DNA of 64,000 nt from a virus. Location of the stretch: positions 1 to 64,000 of the IMG/VR virus record IMGVR_UViG_3300031334_000002; one strand, 5' to 3'. The notes beneath the pieces were generated by a model. The model was given only the letters and a program-made list of their open reading frames with translations. It was not told the DNA's origin and made no database searches. The position numbers and the translations under genes are program-made. Position 1 is the first letter of the stretch. Each line of letters opens with the position of its first letter. This document shows, piece after piece, positions 57,857 through 64,000 of the stretch.

Positions 57857-59821
57857 ATGAAATACCAAACTTCAGAAAATAAACTAATACAGTCACAGAA
57901 AACTATGTCGGTAGAGTTGAGCCTTAATGACACAAAAAAGGCTATTGAACTTCTTTACTCTCAATACAGAAATCCAATTAGAACTACCGTACAGGAAATT
58001 GTATCCAATGCTTTTGATGCGATGACGCAATCTGGCAAGGAAAATGTGCCTATAAAAATACAAGTACCTAACGAAATAAATGACTTTATGTTTGGTGTTA
58101 GGGATTACGGCAATAGTATGGATGATCATACTATAAAAACAGTTTATATGAGAGTAAACGCTACGACAAAAGGCGCAAGTAACAATCAAATAGGAGGATT
58201 TGGTATTGGCTCTAAGACACCTTGGAGTTACACCGACACGTTTATATTGAAAACCTTTTTAAATGGAGTAGAGACTCATTACGTGCTTGTTAAGGGTAGA
58301 AATACAGTGCAAATAGGTTACAAAGGTGAGACTGAAGAAGATAATGGCACTGAGGTACTTTTTAAAACTAAAAGACAAGACGTTGATTCATTTAAGTCTG
58401 CCATTAGTCGAATTAGTTTGCTAGCTAAGACTAAACCACAAGTAAATGGACACGTTAGAAATAAAGTGCTTAACAAAATCGAAGCTTCTAGTAACATATT
58501 TTTGATTGACAATTACATTGATTCCGAGATCTCTAAGGTTTTTGTGAGTATGGGAGGAGTTTTGTATAGAATATGTCGTAATGATTTCCCACTACCTTTA
58601 ATAGGTCAAATAACTACAGGACTAAAAAATTGTAATCTCATTATAACCTTACCTATTGGATCATTGATGCCACTACAGACAAGGGAGGGGTTATTCACAC
58701 AAGGAGACGAGGGACAAAATAACAAAACAATACTAAAAAAAATCCTAAAATCCACTTATGATAAATTAGTAGCCCTAGAGACAAAAGAAAAAAGTAAAAT
58801 TGTTGATATAGAGACCGCAATAAACTATAATGCGACGGCTAAATTTACCTTAGAACATAAAGAGTTTTCTTTTGGTAAAGTAAAGGTAAATTGTAGAAAT
58901 CAAATTGACGTATCAGAGTTCAAGGTAAAAAACCTATTTAGCATTATTACAAGGAAAAGGAAGCGTTATGGACAAGGCAAAAATTTGACTGCAAGAAAAG
59001 ATACTCAAAATTGGATTACCATAGGAGAGAAAACCGTCATGTTTAGTGAAGTTTCACCCAATATAGCTAAACTAAATAAAAGACTTTGCGAGATTACATA
59101 TAAAGAAGACGTTGTTGTTCTTGAAAAACATTTATTTGAAAACCAAGAAACTTACGAAATGCTTAAACTTCAATTAAAAGCGATTGATGTTCTCAAGATC
59201 GAAGTGCCTAAGGTAACTAGAACTTTATCCAGTAGTTACAAGAGAGATAGTAATGAGGTTGTTTTATATAATTATGACAATAGCAGATCACATAGCGTAT
59301 ACCTTGACGAAGGGTTTAAATCTCCGACCATCATAAGAAAAAAAGGTGACAACAATGGTATATTTACAGCTAAACATTTAGGTGTACTTGGTTATGACGT
59401 TTATTATGTTGCACCTTCTAACTTTAAGAAATTTAAAGGTGTTAGTAATGTATTTAATGATTCGGACGTAAATGACCTAACACCATTAAGAAAGGAGTAT
59501 GTTATATGTTTTGCTAACAGGGTAACTAAAAATATTCAACTACAATGGGACTCTGAAAAAATAGAGCTATTACCTGAAAATAAGAGAATCTTATTTAAAA
59601 CTAAAACGACTACATTAGATCATTATAATTTCTACGGAATAGAAAAGCTACTAAAAACGAATAAATTCGATAAAGAAATGAGAAGGGAGATAAAAAGAAA
59701 AATAAGAGCTTTCAATTTAGAAAAAAAATTACCTTTAGTTGGGGTAGTAGAATCTTATGACATTGATGGTCAAATAGCTACAGAATTAAAAACCTACATA
59801 AACAATAAATTGGGAGAATAG
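57857..59821 (+). CDS. rIIA: RIIA-like protein (GHKL ATPase N-terminus)
   Basis: LYS...QEIVSNAFDA, VRDYGNSM, GGFGIGSK, NGTEV, REGL. Confidence 0.85.
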   Translation: MKYQTSENKLIQSQKTMSVELSLNDTKKAIELLYSQYRNPIRTTVQEIVSNAFDAMTQSGKENVPIKIQVPNEINDFMFGVRDYGNSMDDHTIKTVYMRVNATTKGASNNQIGGFGIGSKTPWSYTDTFILKTFLNGVETHYVLVKGRNTVQIGYKGETEEDNGTEVLFKTKRQDVDSFKSAISRISLLAKTKPQVNGHVRNKVLNKIEASSNIFLIDNYIDSEISKVFVSMGGVLYRICRNDFPLPLIGQITTGLKNCNLIITLPIGSLMPLQTREGLFTQGDEGQNNKTILKKILKSTYDKLVALETKEKSKIVDIETAINYNATAKFTLEHKEFSFGKVKVNCRNQIDVSEFKVKNLFSIITRKRKRYGQGKNLTARKDTQNWITIGEKTVMFSEVSPNIAKLNKRLCEITYKEDVVVLEKHLFENQETYEMLKLQLKAIDVLKIEVPKVTRTLSSSYKRDSNEVVLYNYDNSRSHSVYLDEGFKSPTIIRKKGDNNGIFTAKHLGVLGYDVYYVAPSNFKKFKGVSNVFNDSDVNDLTPLRKEYVICFANRVTKNIQLQWDSEKIELLPENKRILFKTKTTTLDHYNFYGIEKLLKTNKFDKEMRREIKRKIRAFNLEKKLPLVGVVESYDIDGQIATELKTYINNKLGE

Positions 59822-59822
59822 C

Positions 59823-60587
59823 ATGCCAACTGTATTTATTACAAATAAAACTATGACAGTTATTAACAAAGGTAAAATAGAAATAGTAGATTTGAATACT
59901 GATCTAGGTAAGGAATGTTTAATTGCATATCAAGATGATGACATTGATGATATTATTTTTATGATAAACGAAGATAAAATTTTAGGAGATGATGTAGAAG
60001 AATCAACAACCGGAAACATATTAATAGAAGGGGTAGAGTTAGAAGTTGACCTAGCTAACAAAGTTCGACAATTTAAAAACGAAAACGTTCCTTTTGATCA
60101 CCTTCTAAAGTTCGCGGAAAGGGTAAAAGATAACCCCTCTTTTAACAGTAGGAAGATGCTGTATAAGTTTTTAGAACATAACGGTCATCCTATCACAAAA
60201 ACAGGGACTTTTCTTGCTTATAAAAAGGTTACGCATGATTTTAAGGATTTACATACTAAATCTTTTGATAATTCAATTGGTAACGTAGTAGAGATGGATA
60301 GGAATCTAGTAGATGATAATCCGAATAATACCTGTTCTAGTGGGTTACATGTTGCATCTTTTGGGTATGCAAAAGACTTCGGAAATGGTAAGCTACTCTT
60401 AGTAGAGGTTGCTCCAGAGGACGTAGTCAGCGTTCCAGTAGACTACAAAGGCACAAAGATGAGAACTTCTAGGTACACCGTGTTAAGTGAAGTTAACGAA
60501 GAATTAGACGGTCTAATAGTGGAGGATCGCGACGAATCATTTGAAGAAGATTGGAGTATTGACTATGATGGTAGTTTGTATTGGTGA
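59823..60587 (+). CDS. rIIB: RIIB-like protein
   Basis: LYKFL, G.FLAYKKV, MDRNLVDDN.NNTCSSGLHV, DVVSVPVDY..KMR. Confidence 0.9.
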   Translation: MPTVFITNKTMTVINKGKIEIVDLNTDLGKECLIAYQDDDIDDIIFMINEDKILGDDVEESTTGNILIEGVELEVDLANKVRQFKNENVPFDHLLKFAERVKDNPSFNSRKMLYKFLEHNGHPITKTGTFLAYKKVTHDFKDLHTKSFDNSIGNVVEMDRNLVDDNPNNTCSSGLHVASFGYAKDFGNGKLLLVEVAPEDVVSVPVDYKGTKMRTSRYTVLSEVNEELDGLIVEDRDESFEEDWSIDYDGSLYW

Positions 60588-60596
60588 GGAGTAGAA

Positions 60597-60740
60597 ATGA
60601 AATGGATATTTTTAATTGTCACAATTAGTACTTTAGCTAGCGAGGTCTGTTACGAAGTGACTTGCACAAGAGTAACTAATGGTGTAACTTTATACACAAC
60701 AGCATGTAACTACTGTCCGATAGGTTGGACACAAGAATAG
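60597..60740 (+). CDS. 47-aa secreted 4-Cys peptide (not in ORF track)
   Basis: GAGGAG RBS; MKWIFLIVTISTLA signal; C-x4-C...C-x2-C. Confidence 0.6.
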   Translation: MKWIFLIVTISTLASEVCYEVTCTRVTNGVTLYTTACNYCPIGWTQE

Positions 60741-60747
60741 GAGAGAT

Positions 60748-60972
60748 ATGAGAACTTTTAAGAAATACGCTAACAGAAAGCTTTATAGCACTCAGGATAG
60801 TAAGTATGTAAACCTTACTCAATTGTACAATGAAGTAAAAGGCGGAGTGACCGTTATCGTTACTGAAAATAAGACTGGTAGGGATGTTACACTAGAGACT
60901 CTAAAACAGGCTGTAATGCGTTGTAAACCTATGAGCTTAGATAGTGTAGAAGAATTAATTAGAAACGATTAG
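60748..60972 (+). CDS. Stand-alone PhaR-type (PHB_acc_N) DNA-binding domain
   Basis: KKYANRKLYS...SKYVNL..L...V..G..V.V...KTG.DVT..TL.Q. Confidence 0.85.
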   Translation: MRTFKKYANRKLYSTQDSKYVNLTQLYNEVKGGVTVIVTENKTGRDVTLETLKQAVMRCKPMSLDSVEELIRND

Positions 60973-61395
60973 GAGGCATAATGAAGTACGCTGAGAGCAC
61001 ATTGATGTTACAGTCTATATTAGATAAACTCATTATGGACCATAATGTGGATACTGAACTAAGAGCTGACATTGATGGATATCAAGTTGCTATGTTTGAT
61101 TATGAAACTCAAGAAATGTTGGCTAGTTTTAGTGGTGAGGATGAAAAAGAACTAATAGTTAACATGGCACTAGGTAATTTCATTGGCAGAAGAAGACTTT
61201 CATGGTAGTGTTATATGTGTTTTTACTTGTAGTACTTTCTTGGTTATTTTCGGTTCATCATGTGGAAAGAGCACATAAGATAGTGGAAAGGTGTAGGATA
61301 GAAAGAACATCTAGGTATAGAAAGTTAAAAAAAGAATTGTTTATAGAAAGAGAACATGTTAAACTACTAGTGAGTTCAGCAGCAAGGAGAGTGAA

Positions 61396-62283
61396 GTGAT
61401 AACAATAAGAACTCAGAGAGAATGGGATGAGCTACCAGAATTGTTCGATGAGTTTACCGTGATTGAAATAAGGTCGGAAGAATGGGTTAAGATAAGAAAG
61501 ACACCTGAAAACTCTCGTGTTGAGGCATGGGGCTCTTCTCGTGTTGAGGCAAGGGGCTCTTCTCGTGTTGAGGCAAGGGGCTCTTCTCGTGTTGAGGCAT
61601 GGGGTTCTTCTCATGTTGAGGCATGGGGTTTTTCTCGTGTTGTGGCATGGGGCTCTTCTCGTGTTACGGCATGGGGCTCTTCTGTTTGTGATAACGGGTC
61701 AACAAACACTCAAATTCAAGCAGGAGACAATTCTACACTATATCTAAATGTCGAGCCGGCACACTTTAAGGCTGAAGACACGGTAAATATTATCAGGGAG
61801 TTTATTTCGCCTTCTTTCGAGCGGTGGCTGAGTCGTGGTTGGGTTGTTGCCGACGGTATTAGACAAAAATTGGTCAGCAAAAAATCCCTTGGCAACATTA
61901 CAATTTACACCACTGAGGATTTTTGGGGCGAGACTTTTTACGTCGCACAGCTTGGTGATAAGTTCGCACACGCAAATTCTATTGAAGAAGCAAAAAATGA
62001 CCTTAGGTACAAAATTTCTGACAGAGATAAGTCACACTACGAAAGCTGGACGCTCGAAACCAGCGCAAAGGTAGACGATATGATTGAGGCGTATAGAGTA
62101 ATAACCGGTGCGTGTTCGACTGGCACGAAAATGTTTTGTGAAGGACGCGAGCTGAAGGATGACTACACGGTTAAAGAGGTGATTGATTTAACTAAAGGAC
62201 AATATGCAAGCGAACAGTTTTCGCAGTTTTTTAAGAGCAAGCAAGGAGAGTTTTTAGCTAAGATTAATGGAGGTGAGAAATGA
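61396..62283 (+). CDS. Octapeptide (SRVEAWGS) repeat protein
   Basis: Seven 24-bp tandem units at ~61513-61683; C-terminal FAH...A..DL, YRVITGAC..G. Confidence 0.8.
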   Translation: MITIRTQREWDELPELFDEFTVIEIRSEEWVKIRKTPENSRVEAWGSSRVEARGSSRVEARGSSRVEAWGSSHVEAWGFSRVVAWGSSRVTAWGSSVCDNGSTNTQIQAGDNSTLYLNVEPAHFKAEDTVNIIREFISPSFERWLSRGWVVADGIRQKLVSKKSLGNITIYTTEDFWGETFYVAQLGDKFAHANSIEEAKNDLRYKISDRDKSHYESWTLETSAKVDDMIEAYRVITGACSTGTKMFCEGRELKDDYTVKEVIDLTKGQYASEQFSQFFKSKQGEFLAKINGGEK

Positions 62284-62468
62284 AATACTTAATATTACTA
62301 TTGTTTATGGGGTGCGCAACACCAAGACCTGAGGTAACTACACCAAAACAAATAGTATTCAAAAGTAAGCAGGTCCGAATTATGGAATGTCTACAATTCG
62401 TAAAGTCAATGGAAAGTGATGATAAATTTGCAGGTGAGTTCTGTAGAGGTATCTACAAGGAGGATTAG
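62280..62468 (+). CDS. Small lipoprotein
   Basis: MKYLILLLFMGC lipobox. Confidence 0.55.
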   Translation: MKYLILLLFMGCATPRPEVTTPKQIVFKSKQVRIMECLQFVKSMESDDKFAGEFCRGIYKED

Positions 62469-63055
62469 TGTACGTATGTCAATGTGATCCAAGTAAGGAT
62501 GACGCTTTAGAAGCAGTGGGTTCTTTTAGACAGGTGGAAGTAGATGGTGAAGGGATATGTAATGAGTGTGGGTATTATGCATTATTCACTACCACCTTTC
62601 AGGGATCTGCCATGAGAGGAATGTTCGATTCACAAGGATGTACTATTTTTACGAGCAATAAATTGTTTACTTATTTTGAAAACATTAGACACATAGAGTC
62701 AAAGTATCAACTTTATAAGATTAGAAAAGGACTCTCGGAAAATGGATACTATAATGGTAAAAATTACACTGTCATCCTAGGTCATAAAAATGAACTACCT
62801 GAAGAGTTAAAATTTAGTGAACCTAAACCTATATACGTTTTTAAAACTACAGGAAGCTTTGAAGGAGTATACGATACCCAAAAAGCGGTAACAGATGGCA
62901 CTGGTGTATCAAAAGAGATCGTAAGGAAATGCTTAAAAGACGGTCAGTGGAAAACTAAGAAAGGGTTTATTATTACTTATAATAAAAACCTAAACGTACA
63001 AGAACATCTTAAAAATATAAAAAAATTAAGGGACCAAGAAGAAATCGATTACTAA
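62468..63055 (+). CDS. Zn-finger plus NUMOD1-type HTH protein
   Basis: CQC...CNECG; KPIYVF...G.Y.....A....GVS...V.KCLK...KT.KGF. Confidence 0.65.
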   Translation: MYVCQCDPSKDDALEAVGSFRQVEVDGEGICNECGYYALFTTTFQGSAMRGMFDSQGCTIFTSNKLFTYFENIRHIESKYQLYKIRKGLSENGYYNGKNYTVILGHKNELPEELKFSEPKPIYVFKTTGSFEGVYDTQKAVTDGTGVSKEIVRKCLKDGQWKTKKGFIITYNKNLNVQEHLKNIKKLRDQEEIDY

Positions 63056-63289
63056 AGGTGATAGAATGTTTAAAATAGAAGACGTATATTTTGATGAACT
63101 AGATTATTTTTTTAACTACGAGTTTGATTTTCCTAATGATGAAACTTTTCCACTAGATAATAAACAGAAAGAGATTGACACAGGGTATTGTTCATGTAAT
63201 AATAGGAAAGAGACTAAGGTTCTAATTATGAACGAAGTTGTATATGTATGTAAAAAAGCCGATGGTGGCTGTGGTCGAGAAATAAAAAA

Positions 63290-64000
63290 ATGATATACTT
63301 AGAAAACCAACCAGTGGATGTTACTATATTTCCTGATAAAACCTCTCAAGTATGGAATGTTAATGAACAATGTTTAGCCTCAATAAAAAACTTTACTAAT
63401 GGCGCTCAGTGTACCGTTACTTGGTCTTTTGAAAGTGAGGGTGAATTTCTTCATCTTGCTCAATTAAAAGATCTACTAGATAGCGAAGGTATTTCGTCTA
63501 TACTAAATATACCAACGTTACCCTATGCTAGACAAGATAAGGAGATTAACAATAAAGAAACGTTTGCACTTAGAACTTTTGCTAAATTATTAAATACTCT
63601 AAAATTTAAAAGAGTCTATTCAAAAGACGTACATAATATAAAATTAACGGAAAGTCTAATAGACAACTTCGCTAACATAGCTGCCGACCCTTCTATCAAT
63701 ATGGTATTTGATAGAGTAAAAGCTGATATGATATGTTTTCCTGACGAGGGAGCTAAACTTAGGTATAACCTAAAAAAAGAGAGCTGTTATGGTATCAAAA
63801 AACGATGTCCTGAAACAGGGTATATAGAAGGGTATAATTTCGTTGGTGAAGTTAGAGGTAAGATTATTCTGATCTGTGATGATCTTGTTGATGGCGGTAT
63901 GACATTTATAAAATGTACTGAGAAATTACTACAAGGGGGGGCGAAAGAGGTTTACTTATATGCCAGTCATGGTATATTTAGTAAAGGAACTAACGTTCTT
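63290..64000 (+). CDS. PRPP-synthetase-like protein (Prs/Adps), truncated by window end
   Basis: My translation: FPDKT, LPYARQDK, DVHN, FPDEGA, ICDDLVDGGMTF, LYASHGIFSKG; absent from ORF track because no stop in window. Confidence 0.9.
   Translation, partial: MIYLENQPVDVTIFPDKTSQVWNVNEQCLASIKNFTNGAQCTVTWSFESEGEFLHLAQLKDLLDSEGISSILNIPTLPYARQDKEINNKETFALRTFAKLLNTLKFKRVYSKDVHNIKLTESLIDNFANIAADPSINMVFDRVKADMICFPDEGAKLRYNLKKESCYGIKKRCPETGYIEGYNFVGEVRGKIILICDDLVDGGMTFIKCTEKLLQGGAKEVYLYASHGIFSKGTNVL

Noticed and set aside
61432-62074. Alternative-frame ORFs over the 24-bp repeat
   Set aside because: Frame and strand shadows of the tandem repeat in 61396-62283
55589-62283. Diversity-generating retroelement
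   Set aside because: No reverse transcriptase and no TR/VR pair with adenine-specific differences recognised in the window
1-64000. Stop-codon reassignment, tRNA genes, introns/inteins, integrase
   Set aside because: Core genes are intact and normal-sized in code 11 with all three stops in use; no T-arm GTTCRA cloverleaf or recombinase motif noticed by eye (tRNAscan would be decisive)

Overview
This is an AT-rich (roughly one-third GC) segment of a lytic, podovirus-type tailed phage genome in three transcription blocks. (1) 1-13.35 kb, + strand: nucleotide, RNA-repair and accessory genes (dUTPase, Rnl2 + HD/kinase + Rnl1, metallophosphoesterase, ClpP-like protease, DUF5664, HNH, ATP-grasp, trypsin-like lipoprotein). 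(2) 13.3-48.05 kb, - strand: virion module (terminase, portal, scaffold, major capsid, many fibre/accessory proteins, adaptor, nozzle, ejection proteins, one with a lysozyme-like domain). It is punctuated by a conserved 10-mer, TAACAACTAG, that behaves like a phage late promoter. (3) 48.3-64 kb, + strand: small early/host-takeover genes, many with their own sigma70 promoter overlapping an ACAC-N3-GTGT palindrome. They include a T3-type SAM lyase, rIIA/rIIB, a stand-alone PhaR DNA-binding domain and a truncated PRPP-synthetase-like gene. The most striking unexplained structure is non-coding. Directly after a C-rich tract at ~50.34 kb lie nine sigma-54 (RpoN) -24/-12 consensus sites in ~440 bp, mostly as tightly abutted convergent pairs, followed ~1.2-1.5 kb later by IHF-consensus sites. 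This may be a DNA-encoded sigma-54 decoy or end-protection device at the probable genome terminus. No tRNA, CRISPR array, integrase or reverse transcriptase was recognised. All family calls are from motif recognition by eye, not database searches.
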